This document shows positions 40,704 through 51,296 of a DNA stretch of 64,000 bases, in pieces. The notes below the pieces were generated by a model. The model made no database searches. It had not been told where the DNA came from and saw only the letters and a program-made list of their open reading frames with translations. The translations under genes and the position numbers were made by a program. Origin of the DNA: Phycisphaerae bacterium. GTDB lineage: Bacteria > Planctomycetota > Phycisphaerae > UBA1845 > Fen-1342. Within the stretch, counting starts at the first letter, position 1; the number at the start of each line of letters is the position of its first letter. The stretch spans positions 128,001 to 192,000 of the forward strand of contig JASFQK010000003.1 of NCBI GenBank assembly GCA_050115495.1, given 5' to 3'.

Positions 40704-42294
40704 GATGCGTACCTCCCTGTGCGGAAACGAGGGCATTCGGGGCTTCGCCCACGATTCGCACGCGCCCGCCGTCTCTTAACGATGCCGACGGGTCAATAAT
40801 GAGCCGGTCGCCCGGCTGCAAACCTTCCAATACCTCAATCCAACCGTCCGCTCCGGCCCGACCGACCGTCACCATGCGCGAGCGGGCGACGTCGGCGGCC
40901 TGGTCGGCGAGCCAGACGTGCGTCATGCCGCCGGCCATGCGATGCACGGCCGACTCGGGAATGAGCACGCGCTCGGCGGGCTGCGAGGACGGCTCGTCGC
41001 CGCCGGCGAGGAACTTCGCGCGGGCCAGCATTTCGGGCTTGAGGTCGGCGGTGGGGGCTTCGATGGCGACCTTGACCTGGAGCGTGTTCTTCTGCACGTC
41101 GGCTTCGTGCACGATGCGCACGACGCTGCCGCGGAAGACACGCTCGGGCAGAACCTCGACGATGACCTCGGCGGCCTGTCCGACGCCGACCTTGGCGGCA
41201 TCGACCAGCGGGACGTCCACGCGGACTTGCAGGCGCTGCGGATCGTAGAGGCGGGCGACCTGCGCTGAGTGCGGGTTGTCGCCGCCGAGCATCAGCTTCG
41301 AGCCGGGCTCGGCCAGGCGGTTCATGACGACGCCGTCGGCCGGGGAGCGCACTTCCATACGCGATTGCCGCAACGCCGCTTCGTCGCGGGCGGCTTCGGC
41401 GGCCTGCACGCGAGCCTGGGCCTGCTCGACCGCGGCCTGCGCTTCGTCGAGCGCCCGGCGGTCGGCGATACGCAGACGCAGGTTCTCGCGGGCGGCGGCG
41501 ACTTCGGCGTCGAGTGCGGCGAGTTGTGCCTCGAGTATCGGCTGGCGGGCGCGCGTGGCAGCCACGACGGCCTGTTGTCGGGCGTGCTGCTGCTGAACCT
41601 GGATGAGCTCGATGTCGCTCGCCTGGCCGTTGGTGTGCAGTGGCGCGACGCGGCGGAGCTCGGCCTCGTAGTACACGGCGAGCGCTTCTTCTGCCGCCAG
41701 CTCCGACGGCCAACGGTCGAGCTCCGCTTGCTTTTCGGCATGCGTAGCCTCGGCGGTGGCCAGCTTCCGCGTTAGCTCGACGGGGTTGTCCCAGTCGCCC
41801 TGCGCCGCTTTCAGGATGGCCGTGGCGGCAGTCAGTTCCGCGCGTCGTTGCGAGAGATCGGCTTCCGCGTTGGCCAACGCGAGGTTGGCGTCATCCGGCA
41901 CGAGTCGGGCGACGACCTGGCCGGCATGCACCGGCTGGCCTTCGAGCACGAGCATTTCCTGCACGACGCCGTCGGCGAGCGCGGAGATGGCCGTGGGGAA
42001 GGGGTCGGCCTCGACCCAGCCGGGGGCCTGGGCGACGACTTGTCCGGCCGGCGCGGTAACGCCGGCTTTCACGATGACCGGCACGACACGTACGGGTGTC
42101 GCCGGCCAAAGGGCATCGCCGGCGGCGTAGGCCATGAGCGCCGCCGTTGCTCCGAGAATACCCACGGGCAGCAGCACCCGCGTCTTCCACCGGCGGCGCG
42201 GCGGCGGCACGCCGGTGGCTTTCGATTTTGGTACGCCGTCGTTGCCATCGCGCTCGCGCGACAGCAGCGACAGGTCGGCTGATTCCTGACGCAT
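40690..42294 (-). CDS. Efflux periplasmic adaptor (membrane fusion protein, HlyD/MacA type)
   Basis: TM; DGVVQEMLVLEGQPV; long alpha hairpin; VRSPADGVV; LKPEM; EGLQPGD. Confidence 0.9.
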   Translation of the reverse strand: MRQESADLSLLSRERDGNDGVPKSKATGVPPPRRRWKTRVLLPVGILGATAALMAYAAGDALWPATPVRVVPVIVKAGVTAPAGQVVAQAPGWVEADPFPTAISALADGVVQEMLVLEGQPVHAGQVVARLVPDDANLALANAEADLSQRRAELTAATAILKAAQGDWDNPVELTRKLATAEATHAEKQAELDRWPSELAAEEALAVYYEAELRRVAPLHTNGQASDIELIQVQQQHARQQAVVAATRARQPILEAQLAALDAEVAAARENLRLRIADRRALDEAQAAVEQAQARVQAAEAARDEAALRQSRMEVRSPADGVVMNRLAEPGSKLMLGGDNPHSAQVARLYDPQRLQVRVDVPLVDAAKVGVGQAAEVIVEVLPERVFRGSVVRIVHEADVQKNTLQVKVAIEAPTADLKPEMLARAKFLAGGDEPSSQPAERVLIPESAVHRMAGGMTHVWLADQAADVARSRMVTVGRAGADGWIEVLEGLQPGDRLIIDPSASLRDGGRVRIVGEAPNALVSAQGGTHHGTD

Positions 42295-42426
42295 GATTAA
42301 ACCGCTCCATTTGCGTGGTTTCTGTTGGCGGCTCACCGGGCGGCGCAAGGCACGCAGTGGCGAACCGGGTGGACGACGTGGCGCTGTGCGCGCACGTTCG
42401 CCCCCATACGCATGGATGAGGAGCGG

Positions 42427-42860
42427 TTAGCTTCGCGGGGGGTGGAAGATCTCGTCCGCCACGCCGGCGGGCGGATCGTTCTGGCGGGCGTGAATCACGC
42501 GGCCGGCGTCGGCCGGATTGAAACAACTGGCGTCAGACTGCGGCGCCAGCGGATAGACCAGGGGGGCCAGCGAGCACGTCGCCGGGCAATTTCCCGGGCA
42601 ACCACACGGACAGCACGTGTCCGATTTGCCGTGCGAATGGCCGGTGCTCTCATGGTCGGCGACTGCGTGGCCGGCACAGCAGGGGGGCGGTGCGGCCTTC
42701 GTGGTTGGAACGTGGCTGGCTGGCTGTAGACGCGTGTGGTAGCACGTGCACTGCGGCCGGACCCAGCCCGCGCTGAGGAGCGCCGCTGCCACCAGGCACG
42801 CCGCCCATCGTTTCAGGTTGTCCGGTCCGCAGAACACCCAGCGTCTCCGGAGATAGCTGC
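42427..42860 (-). CDS. Cys/His-rich leader-type protein ending IFHPPRS (DUF2946/CzcI-like); start uncertain
   Basis: Hydrophobic [34 protein letters not shown] and a terminal HPPR, upstream of the efflux operon. Confidence 0.5.
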
Positions 42861-43272
42861 ACGAATACCGCCGGCGACGGAAGCCGTCTCCAGCGCTCTT
42901 ACCAACAATCGTAGTCGCGTGCTCGCCATTCGTCCACGATCGGCGTGCGCGGTACCGGCTGCAACCGCATTCCCTATTTCCTCTGTCTGGAATCCAGACG
43001 GCGGCGTCGGAACGCTCGCACACGCCGGTGGCCGCACACAGATCAAAACAAGCCGGGCCGCAAACAGATTCCCGTTCACGAATCCCCACAAGACGTTCGA
43101 TCAATTGAGTACCAGCTTTCGCGACAACAGGGCCATCTTAATTCAACGACTCCGGTGGTGGGCAATTCGCTCGTCGCCTTCTAACGGGCCACGTTGTCGG
43201 ATAGAGCTGTTCTCATGGGCCGACAGACTGCGAGCCAGTAGAGCAATTCGCCGACAGCAGGAGAGTGCGCAC

Positions 43273-45078
43273 GTGAAGCTCCAATATCGTTTTCTACTGC
43301 CGATGGCTGGCGTGACTGCGGTGGCGGCGGTGGGCGCGTTCGTCGTCATGAACAGCGTCGCCCGCAGCCGCATGCAGCAGGACCTGGCCGAGCGCGCCGC
43401 GGAGAAGCTGGCGACGATCGACTCGTATCGGACGATGATCGAGGAGCGATGCCTGTCACACGCGGCGCTGTTCAGCGCCACGCCGGAAGTGCAGCGCGCC
43501 TATGCGCTGGCCCACGAGGGCAACATCGACGATGAGAACGATCCGAAAGTGGCCGAAGCACGAACGATGCTCCGCGAAGTGTGCGGACCGATCGCGGCTC
43601 GTTTCTGTGCGGTTACCGGTCAATCGGGGTATCGGCTGCATTTTCACCTGCCCAATGGGCGCAGTCTGCTGCGGGTGTGGCGGAGCAATCAGTCGACCAG
43701 CGACGACATTTCGGATTTTCGACAGAGCGTGCTGGATATCAACGGCCCCACGGGGGGCAAGCCGCTCAAGGGTATCGAGATCGGCCGCGGGGGCTTCGCC
43801 ATTCGTGGCCTGGCGCCGGTCACCGGCGCGGATGGCACGCAGTTGGGCTCCGTCGAGATGCTGTCGGATTTCAACCCGGTCGTACTGAACGCGCGGCACG
43901 GCAACGATGAGGAGCTGGCCGTCTTCATGGACGCCGCGCAGCTCGGCATCGCCCGCAAGTTGACGGACGAGAGCACGTATCCGCGCGTGGACAACGAGTA
44001 CGTGCTGGTCGCCTCGACGGACCAGCAGCACTTCATGCAGGTGGTGAGCCGGGCGCTGCTGGACGCGGCGGGCGAGGGCAGCGCTGCGGACGACCGCGGC
44101 GAGTTGCACGTGGTGGCCAGTCCGATTCGCGACTATCGCGGGCATACCGTGGGTCGCGTGGCATACGCGGTCAACTGCTCGGCGGCGCTGAGCGCCCTGT
44201 CGGCCATGCGCATGCACATCGCCGGCGGGGCCACGACGCTGCTGATGCTGCTGGTCGGTACGGCCATGTTCGTGGGACGCTCGGTGTCGAAGCCCATCGA
44301 ACGGATGATCGTGCAGCTTGACGACGGCGCCGACCAGGTGAACAACGCGGCCGGTCAGGTGGCGACGTCGTCCCAGGTGCTGGCCACCGGCACGAGCCAG
44401 CAGGCGGCGGCGCTGGAGGAGACGGGCGGCGCCCTGGAGGAGATGTCGGAGCAGACGCGCAGCAACGCCCAGAACGCCCGTCAGGCCAACGAGATCGCGT
44501 CGCGGGCGAAGGATAACGCTGGCGAAGGCGAACGGACGATGGCTGACCTGAACCGGGCTGTGCAGGCGATCAACGATTCCTCCGGCGAGATCAGCAAGAT
44601 CATCCGGGTGATCGAGGAGATCGCGTTTCAGACGAACCTGCTGGCCCTGAACGCCGCGGTCGAGGCGGCCCGGGCGGGCGAGCACGGCAAGGGGTTCGCC
44701 GTCGTCGCCGAGGAGGTGCGCAGCCTCGCGCAGCGCAGCGCCCAGGCCGCCCGCGATACCACGTCGCTCATCGAAGAGTCCGTCACGCGGGCCCGGGAAG
44801 GCTCGGACACGGCCAGTGCGGCGGCGGCCGCCCTCCAGGCGATCGTCGGCGACGTGTCGAGCGTGGCCACGTTGCTCGACAGCATCAGCCAAGCCTCGGA
44901 GGACCAGGCCCACGGTGTGGCCCAGGTGAATACGGCGGTCACCGAGATGAACCGGGTGACCCAGGCGAACGCCGCCGGCTCCGAACAGTCGGCCGCGGCG
45001 GCGGAGGAGCTGAGCGCGCAGTCTCACACGATGAAGAGCGTCGTGGACCAGTTGGGCCAGCTCGTCGGCTGCAAGTAG
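43273..45078 (+). CDS. Methyl-accepting chemotaxis protein with Cache-type sensor
   Basis: GTG start; two TMs; [13 protein letters not shown]...[41 protein letters not shown]. Confidence 0.93.
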   Translation: MKLQYRFLLPMAGVTAVAAVGAFVVMNSVARSRMQQDLAERAAEKLATIDSYRTMIEERCLSHAALFSATPEVQRAYALAHEGNIDDENDPKVAEARTMLREVCGPIAARFCAVTGQSGYRLHFHLPNGRSLLRVWRSNQSTSDDISDFRQSVLDINGPTGGKPLKGIEIGRGGFAIRGLAPVTGADGTQLGSVEMLSDFNPVVLNARHGNDEELAVFMDAAQLGIARKLTDESTYPRVDNEYVLVASTDQQHFMQVVSRALLDAAGEGSAADDRGELHVVASPIRDYRGHTVGRVAYAVNCSAALSALSAMRMHIAGGATTLLMLLVGTAMFVGRSVSKPIERMIVQLDDGADQVNNAAGQVATSSQVLATGTSQQAAALEETGGALEEMSEQTRSNAQNARQANEIASRAKDNAGEGERTMADLNRAVQAINDSSGEISKIIRVIEEIAFQTNLLALNAAVEAARAGEHGKGFAVVAEEVRSLAQRSAQAARDTTSLIEESVTRAREGSDTASAAAAALQAIVGDVSSVATLLDSISQASEDQAHGVAQVNTAVTEMNRVTQANAAGSEQSAAAAEELSAQSHTMKSVVDQLGQLVGCK

Positions 45079-45153
45079 GGCAGCCGACGGAAGGGACGTT
45101 TCGCTCACTGCTGCTTGAACATGCGGACTCTGCGGAATGCCACGAGAAATGCG

Positions 45154-47379
45154 ATGAACCTGTCCTATCGCGGGATCCGACGCCTGGGCATCGGTGTGTT
45201 CCTGGCCGCCATCGCGTTGACCGTAACTGCCACTGCCGCCGTGATGCGGCTGTCGCAGATCGTCGCGGATGACTCGGCGGCGCGCCAGGGTCAGACCGGC
45301 AGCGCGCTGCTGACGGCCGTGATTCTGGCCGTGATCGGTATCGGAACGCTCGCCGCGGGGATCGGTGCCGTGGCCCTTCGCCTCGCGAGACGCCTCGAAG
45401 CCACCGACCGGGAGTTGCGAGCGGCCCGCGGCGAACTGCAGGCCGGCGTTGAGGCCGGGACGGCAGAGATTGCTGCCGCCAACGAAGAACTGCAGGCGGA
45501 GATCGCCGAACGCATCGACGCGCAGAACGCGCTGCAGGAAGAGCGGAACCTCCTGCGGTCGCTCGTCGACGTCATGGAGTCCATGGATGTCGGACTCACC
45601 ATCCAGGACACCGAATACAACATCACCTACCAGAACAGCTTCATGCAGAAGCACTTCAGCGGATTGGGCCAGAAGTGCTACAAGGTCTATGAGAATAATC
45701 CTCGCGTGTGCGACGGTTGCCCGGTCCGGAAGGCGCTGGCCGACGGCCAGCCGCACCGGGTAGAGAGGATTACACCCGCTCCTGGTGGCGGCGTGGCGTA
45801 CTGGGACAACACCGCCCATCCGATCCGCAATTCCGCGGGCGAAATCAAATCGTGCTTCGAGGTGGTCCGCAACGTCACCGAGCGGAGGAAGCTGGAGCAG
45901 GCGCGCGAGCGCGTCATCGTGCGTCAGGGACAGCTCAACCGTCTGCAGCAGTTGTTGCTCGGTCCGGGCGAACTCGCCACGAAGCTCCAGATGATCACCG
46001 ATCGCGTCGTGGACATCTTCGACGTCGAACTCGCGTACATCTGGCTCGTCAAGCCCGGCGATCAGTGTTACGGCGGGTGCGTCCACGCCGATGCACCGCC
46101 GACGTCGCACGGCTGTCGCGACCGGAGCCGGTGCCTGCATCTGCTGGCCAACTCCGAACGGCTGAGCGGGGTCGAGGGCCGGGAGCGTTATCGCGTGCCA
46201 ATGGGATGCTGCGCGATCGGGCGCATGGCCGAAGGAGACGAGCCCAAGTTCGTCACGAACGAGGCCGGCACCGACCCGCGCATCGACGACCACAGATGGA
46301 TCAACGAACTGAAGCTGACCTCGGTGGCCGCCTATCGGCTGCGTCCGCCGGGCGGGGAGACCATCGGCGTCCTGGCGCTTTTCTCGACGCGGGCCATCTC
46401 GGAAGAGGAGGACGGCCTGCTCGAAAGTGTCGGCAGCACGGTTGCCCAGGTGGTCCAGCGGGCCAGGGCGGAAGAGGAACTCGAAGTTGCCCATCGCCGG
46501 CACCGCGAAGCGTCGCGGCTGGCGGGGATGGCCGAAGTGGCCACCGGCGTGCTGCACAACATCGGCAACGTGCTCACGAGCGCGAACGTCACGGTCAATC
46601 TTCTGCGGGACAAGGTCCGGATGTCCAAGGTGTCGGGTTTCGCCAGAGCCGTTCAGCTCATCCAGGAGCACGCAGTCGATCTCGGTGAGTTCGTGACCGC
46701 CGACGAGAAGGGACGCCGGCTTCCGGCGTATCTCGACGAGCTTTGCGGCGTCCTGCATAGCGAGCAGGCCGGCATCCTCGAAGAGCTCAGCGCGCTGACG
46801 AGCAACATGGACCACATCAAGACCATCGTTGCCGCGCAGCAGGAGTACGCCACGCTGGCTGGGGTCACGGAGAGCTACTCCGTCAGCGAGGTTGTGGAGC
46901 AGGCGCTTCACATGAGCGAACATGCCTTCGAGGAACACGAGATCGAGCCGGTGCGTGCTTACGAGCCGGTTTCCGACGTGATCGGTGACCGGCAGAAGCT
47001 GCTCCAGATCCTCGTTAACCTGATTCAGAATGCCGATGCGGCCCTGGTGCAAGGCGCCGGCGCCGACAGGCAGATCGTGGCGCGCGTCACGCCGTCCGGC
47101 AGCGACCGCGTCCGTATCGACATCGAGGACAACGGTGTTGGTATCCCCGCGGAGAACATGACCCGCATCTTCGCCCACGGCTTCACGACGCGGCGCGACG
47201 GTCATGGCTTCGGCCTGCACCACTCCGCCCTTCTCGCCCGTGAGTTGGGCGGCATCCTCACCGCCCACAGCGAAGGCCCGGGGCAGGGGGCGCGCTTCAC
47301 GCTGGAGATCCCATTCCGCCGGGCCGGCCAGCACGGCAACCCGGCTGACCCGGCCGCGGCGAATCCGACGTCGCCGTAG
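45154..47379 (+). CDS. PAS/GAF sensor histidine kinase
   Basis: TMs; PAS with CYKVY...CDGCPV; GAF; H-box GVLHNIGN; NLIQNA, DNGVGI, GHGFGLH. Confidence 0.92.
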   Translation: MNLSYRGIRRLGIGVFLAAIALTVTATAAVMRLSQIVADDSAARQGQTGSALLTAVILAVIGIGTLAAGIGAVALRLARRLEATDRELRAARGELQAGVEAGTAEIAAANEELQAEIAERIDAQNALQEERNLLRSLVDVMESMDVGLTIQDTEYNITYQNSFMQKHFSGLGQKCYKVYENNPRVCDGCPVRKALADGQPHRVERITPAPGGGVAYWDNTAHPIRNSAGEIKSCFEVVRNVTERRKLEQARERVIVRQGQLNRLQQLLLGPGELATKLQMITDRVVDIFDVELAYIWLVKPGDQCYGGCVHADAPPTSHGCRDRSRCLHLLANSERLSGVEGRERYRVPMGCCAIGRMAEGDEPKFVTNEAGTDPRIDDHRWINELKLTSVAAYRLRPPGGETIGVLALFSTRAISEEEDGLLESVGSTVAQVVQRARAEEELEVAHRRHREASRLAGMAEVATGVLHNIGNVLTSANVTVNLLRDKVRMSKVSGFARAVQLIQEHAVDLGEFVTADEKGRRLPAYLDELCGVLHSEQAGILEELSALTSNMDHIKTIVAAQQEYATLAGVTESYSVSEVVEQALHMSEHAFEEHEIEPVRAYEPVSDVIGDRQKLLQILVNLIQNADAALVQGAGADRQIVARVTPSGSDRVRIDIEDNGVGIPAENMTRIFAHGFTTRRDGHGFGLHHSALLARELGGILTAHSEGPGQGARFTLEIPFRRAGQHGNPADPAAANPTSP

Positions 47380-47520
47380 GTGTGACCGACCTGCGACCAT
47401 CGCGGCCACGCCCGGGAACGAAGAGTCCAGAAACCGAAGCAACTCCCACCTGCTGCCCACCAATGATGGGTAGAATGTCCCTCGTCGTCTTGCATGGCTG
47501 GAGCAAGCGGAGGGATGTCA

Positions 47521-48030
47521 ATGCGTATTACGTGGTGTGCGATCGTATGCAGCGTTGTGATCATGGGATGCGCTACGGGACAGCGGCATGGCGCCATGGC
47601 GTATGAGCGTGTCACGCACGGCATGCAGCTCGGCATGCCGTGGTCGGACGTGCAGAAGAACGCGGTATCTTGGGAGGAGATACTGGTTCTGGAGAATCCC
47701 GGTCAACTGAGTCCTGGCTATAGCGTGGGGTTCAATGACGGACTCTCGTATCTTGTGATGCTGGATGAAGCGACGCAACGAGTCATCGCGATTTCGACGA
47801 ATGACGCATCACCGCGGCTACGAGGCGGGCTCGGCGTGGGCTCGAGTTTCGCGGACGTGAAGCATGCGCTGGACAGCATTGCCGGTATCCGCTGGCCAGG
47901 CTATGGCACGCTGGTCGGCGCGGGAAACGATACATGGCTGGCCTTTGAGACGACCGAACCGCTCCGCGCTGACGACAGAGTGCGGTGGATTGAAGTTCGT
48001 AGCGACCTGTCTCCGTACGCCCTGCAATAG
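47521..48030 (+). CDS. Hypothetical lipoprotein
   Basis: Lipobox VIMGC; GMQLGMPW and GLGVGSSF internal repeat. Confidence 0.6.
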   Translation: MRITWCAIVCSVVIMGCATGQRHGAMAYERVTHGMQLGMPWSDVQKNAVSWEEILVLENPGQLSPGYSVGFNDGLSYLVMLDEATQRVIAISTNDASPRLRGGLGVGSSFADVKHALDSIAGIRWPGYGTLVGAGNDTWLAFETTEPLRADDRVRWIEVRSDLSPYALQ

Positions 48031-48101
48031 CGCAGCATCCTTCGGCGGCGTGCGTTACATGCACCGATGCCATCGCGGCAGGGGGGCAATGGTAGGGCGG
48101 G

Positions 48102-49589
48102 TCAGTCGGCGGGGACGCAGCGGCCGTCCGCCCATTCACGCAGAGCCGCCACACGCTCGGCCATCGTTACCGATAGCGGCGGCGAGGTGCGGACGGCTTC
48201 CAAGATGTGCTCCGTGGACAGGTTCTTCTTCACCGCGAAGGCCGCGTGCATGCCGGCGATCACGGCCTGCTCGATCTCCGCGCCGCTGAAACCGTCGGCC
48301 GCCTTCGCCAGCGCGGTCAGGTCGAACGCCGCCGGCGCACGTTGCCGCTTGCGCAGGTGAATCGCGAAGATGTCCCGCCGGACCTTCGCGTCCGGCAGGT
48401 CGACGAAGAAGATCTCGTCGAAGCGGCCCTTGCGCAGCAGCTCCGGCGGCAGGGCCTCGATGTCGTTCGCGGTGGCCACGAGGAACGCCGGGCTGGTCCG
48501 TTCCTGCATCCAGGTGAGCAGGGTGCCGAACATGCGCTGTGACAGGCCGCCGTCGGTGCTTCGGCTGGCGGCCGAGGCGAAGGCTTTCTCGACCTCATCC
48601 ACCCAGAGCACAAGCGGGGCCATGGCTTCCGCCTGTTCCAGCGTGGCCCGCAGCCGCCGCTCCGACTCGCCGACGTAGCGGTCGTACAGCGCCCCGACGT
48701 CCATCCGCAGCAGGGGCAATTGCCAGGCCGTCGCCACGGCCTTAGCGCAGAGGCTCTTGCCGGCACCCTGGATGCCCAACAGGAGCACGCCACGGGGAGC
48801 CGCCAGACCGTACTCGCGGCCGGCGTCGGTCAGGGCCGTCTCACGTTCGGCCAGCCAACGCTTCAGTCGGCGAAGACCGCCGATCTCGCTGAGGTCGACG
48901 GGCGTGTCGATGTACTCGAGCAGGCTGCCGCGGTGCAGCGTCTGCCGTTTGCGCGTCATGACGTGGTGCACATCGGCGTCGTCGAAGCGGCGATCTTCGG
49001 TCGCGACTTCGGCGATGATCTGCTCGATTTGTCGCCGGGTCAGGCCGCGCAGGTTGCGGATGATCGTCTTCAGGCTGTTGCGGGTAATCTTGATCTGAAT
49101 GGGCCGTTCGCGGCTGACGCGGCGGAGCTTGTCGCGGACGAGCTCGCTGATCTCGGCCTCGTCCGGCAGCGAGACGGTGAACGTCGAGGCGTACTCGCGA
49201 AGAACGTCCGGTAACTCTTCGCCGTAATCCAGCATTACGAGTTGACTACCTGATTCTCTGAAATGCCGGAGCAGGTTGCGGGCGACGCGCAAGGTGCGTT
49301 CGTCGCGCAGGTGCGGTCCGAGGTCGAGCGTGACGCACAGCGGGCGGTCCGGCACGGTGGCTAGGTGGATGAGGCCCTCGACGGGCTTGTCGGTGTTGGG
49401 GACGGGCGGCGTGTCGCGCAGGACGCCGTCCTGGACGCCGCCGCTGACAGACCAGATCCAGAGGGCGCGGCCGAGCTTGGCGGCGACCTCGCGCAGGAGC
49501 TCGAGAACGTAGTCTTCCTCGAATGTCTTGATGCTGACGCACGGCGGTCCGGACCGCAGTACCTGTTCAAGCCGAATTCGATCGTCCAT
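48102..49589 (-). CDS. Ycf46-like AAA+ ATPase
   Basis: IGGLRRLKRWL, GIQGAGKS, LWVDEVEK, VATAN, ELLRKGRFDEIFFVDLP, FSGAEIE. Confidence 0.9.
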   Translation of the reverse strand: MDDRIRLEQVLRSGPPCVSIKTFEEDYVLELLREVAAKLGRALWIWSVSGGVQDGVLRDTPPVPNTDKPVEGLIHLATVPDRPLCVTLDLGPHLRDERTLRVARNLLRHFRESGSQLVMLDYGEELPDVLREYASTFTVSLPDEAEISELVRDKLRRVSRERPIQIKITRNSLKTIIRNLRGLTRRQIEQIIAEVATEDRRFDDADVHHVMTRKRQTLHRGSLLEYIDTPVDLSEIGGLRRLKRWLAERETALTDAGREYGLAAPRGVLLLGIQGAGKSLCAKAVATAWQLPLLRMDVGALYDRYVGESERRLRATLEQAEAMAPLVLWVDEVEKAFASAASRSTDGGLSQRMFGTLLTWMQERTSPAFLVATANDIEALPPELLRKGRFDEIFFVDLPDAKVRRDIFAIHLRKRQRAPAAFDLTALAKAADGFSGAEIEQAVIAGMHAAFAVKKNLSTEHILEAVRTSPPLSVTMAERVAALREWADGRCVPAD

Positions 49590-49723
49590 GTCGGAACCCT
49601 CGTGGGTGGTGCGTGTTGGTTGGTTGAGGTGACGATGATACACGCTTGCTGGTGAGAGAGGAGCAGAGGGACGTCTGGCGCGGCTTGGCGGGCGGGGGGC
49701 CAGCAGACGAAACGGGCGGTGTG

Positions 49724-49979
49724 TGATGCGTGCGGGAAAAGAACGGTCGAAATGGGGAAGGGCGGTAAGGCTAGTGGGGCAAAGGACTTAGCGGCGGTTG
49801 GCGGTGGAAGGAATGCCGGCGCTTAGGCGCAAATGGCCGGCGGGGGCTGATGTAAGTCCTTTGTGGGGCGTGAGTTAAAAAAGACCGGTCGCGCGGAATC
49901 AAATCTGCCATTCGGCCGGGGGGCGTGACGGCCCTGGCGGGCTGGAAACGCGGTTTCTGTCGGGAAAAGACCGGTCGAA
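49724..49979 (+). repeat. Left end: three spaced putative transposase-binding sites
   Basis: GAAAAGAACGGTCGAA 49736, AAAAGACCGGTCGCGC 49879, GAAAAGACCGGTCGAA 49964. Confidence 0.8.
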
Positions 49980-50499
49980 CGTGACAGCGCCGAAGAGGGG
50001 GCGGATCGTGCGTAAGCACTGCGCCACAACGGCTTTGCAGGCGTTTCGACGGCCGATGTGTCACGGTGCGCTGTCACGGTGGGTAGCGTGACATTTCCGG
50101 CCCGGGAGCGGTTTCGGCGCGGCGCAATCGACGGACCGATAACGTCCTTATTGAGACGGGGTCGCGCGGCGGTGGTGCGGGGCCGCCGGCGGGTCGCGAC
50201 GGGGCGGGACCGCCCGGTGGGGACCGGGTTCGGCGGGCCGCCGAAGGACGGACGGCGCCCGGCCGAAGGGGCGTCGGAGACCGGAGCGGATCGGGGCGGG
50301 CGGTGGGCGGTTGTCGTTTGTGCAACAGCGGGCGACAGACGGTTACGCGGGGCTGCCGGGCGGTGGCGGCGGGCCGGGCATGGCCGGGTTCGATCCAGGT
50401 TCGACGGCTCGCCGGGCTGGCGTCGAACGGTGTTCGACGGGCGGTTGCGGCGGGGCGACCGCCGACGGGGCGAAGCGGGGGCTTCTGCGTCGGGGCGCC

Positions 50500-50910
50500 G
50501 GCGGCGACACGGCGGTAGGCCCATCACTTCACGATAGGCGGGCGTCTCGCTGGCAAGCTGCATCGCGTCGCGAAACGACAACGTCTTCAACGCGACGGTT
50601 GCCACCGGTGATTGAACCATGCTCTTGAAGCAGCCGGCCGTGCCAGGCGTTTGCATCGCGCGGCGGTATCGAATCGGCTGACCGCAAACCACACTATTCA
50701 TATTACTGTCGTTCGGGCGGAAGCCGGGCAGACCGGCGGTGCCGCAACACGTTCGATCATCGGACAGCCGGCGGAGACGGTTCTCCGCACATAGGAACTT
50801 CAGGCCGAGCTCGTGGCAATGCTCCCGGATCAACCGCAGGTCGCGCTCAAGCGCACCGACCGCGTAACACCAGTCCGCGCCGACGTGGACCAGCCCGGGG
50901 GCGGCGCGGT
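50500..50910 (-). pseudogene. 5'-truncated fragment resembling the C-terminus of a phage radical-SAM (SPL-like) protein
   Basis: Frame reads PGLVHVGADWCY...IREHCHELGLKFLCAENRLRRLSDDRTCCG; in-frame TAA just upstream (~50930); no CxxxCxxC. Family resemblance is from recall. Confidence 0.45.
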
Positions 50911-50931
50911 ATCGTACAATCGAGGTGGATT

Positions 50932-51264
50932 ATGCACGCAATAATGATGCTGGCGTTTTCGGGGGCGGTCACGCTGACCGCGGGACAGAGGACGTACTTC
51001 ATCGTGGCCGGGGTCATTGTGGCGGCGCTGGCGTGGGCGGCGGCCGGCGCGGCGGTCGGTAGCTGGATCGGGAAGCAGAACGGGCACAGCACGGCGTCCC
51101 AGCTTCTGGCCATTCTCTTGGGACCGCCGGGCATGATTGCGGCTGTGCTGTTGCCGCGGACACCCCGGGCGGAAGCGCGCTGGCGGATTCAGGTCAAGCG
51201 GGCGATGGAAGACGAGCTGAAGGCGGCGGCGCAGAACCCGCCGCAAGCTGTTCCACGCGACTGA
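50932..51264 (+). CDS. Small membrane protein (element cargo)
   Basis: Hydrophobic helices; LLGPPGMIAAVLLP. Confidence 0.55.
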   Translation: MHAIMMLAFSGAVTLTAGQRTYFIVAGVIVAALAWAAAGAAVGSWIGKQNGHSTASQLLAILLGPPGMIAAVLLPRTPRAEARWRIQVKRAMEDELKAAAQNPPQAVPRD

Positions 51265-51296
51265 ACGCGGCGGCGGCGTGCGGACGTCGCGAGCGG

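Noticed and set aside
43456..47463. 1335-aa - strand ORF
   Set aside because: Antisense shadow spanning the MCP and histidine kinase genes, which carry clear family motifs.
49823..50500. C-terminal 225 aa of the 336-aa minus ORF
   Set aside because: R/P-rich read-through across the non-coding left-end region; not protein-like.
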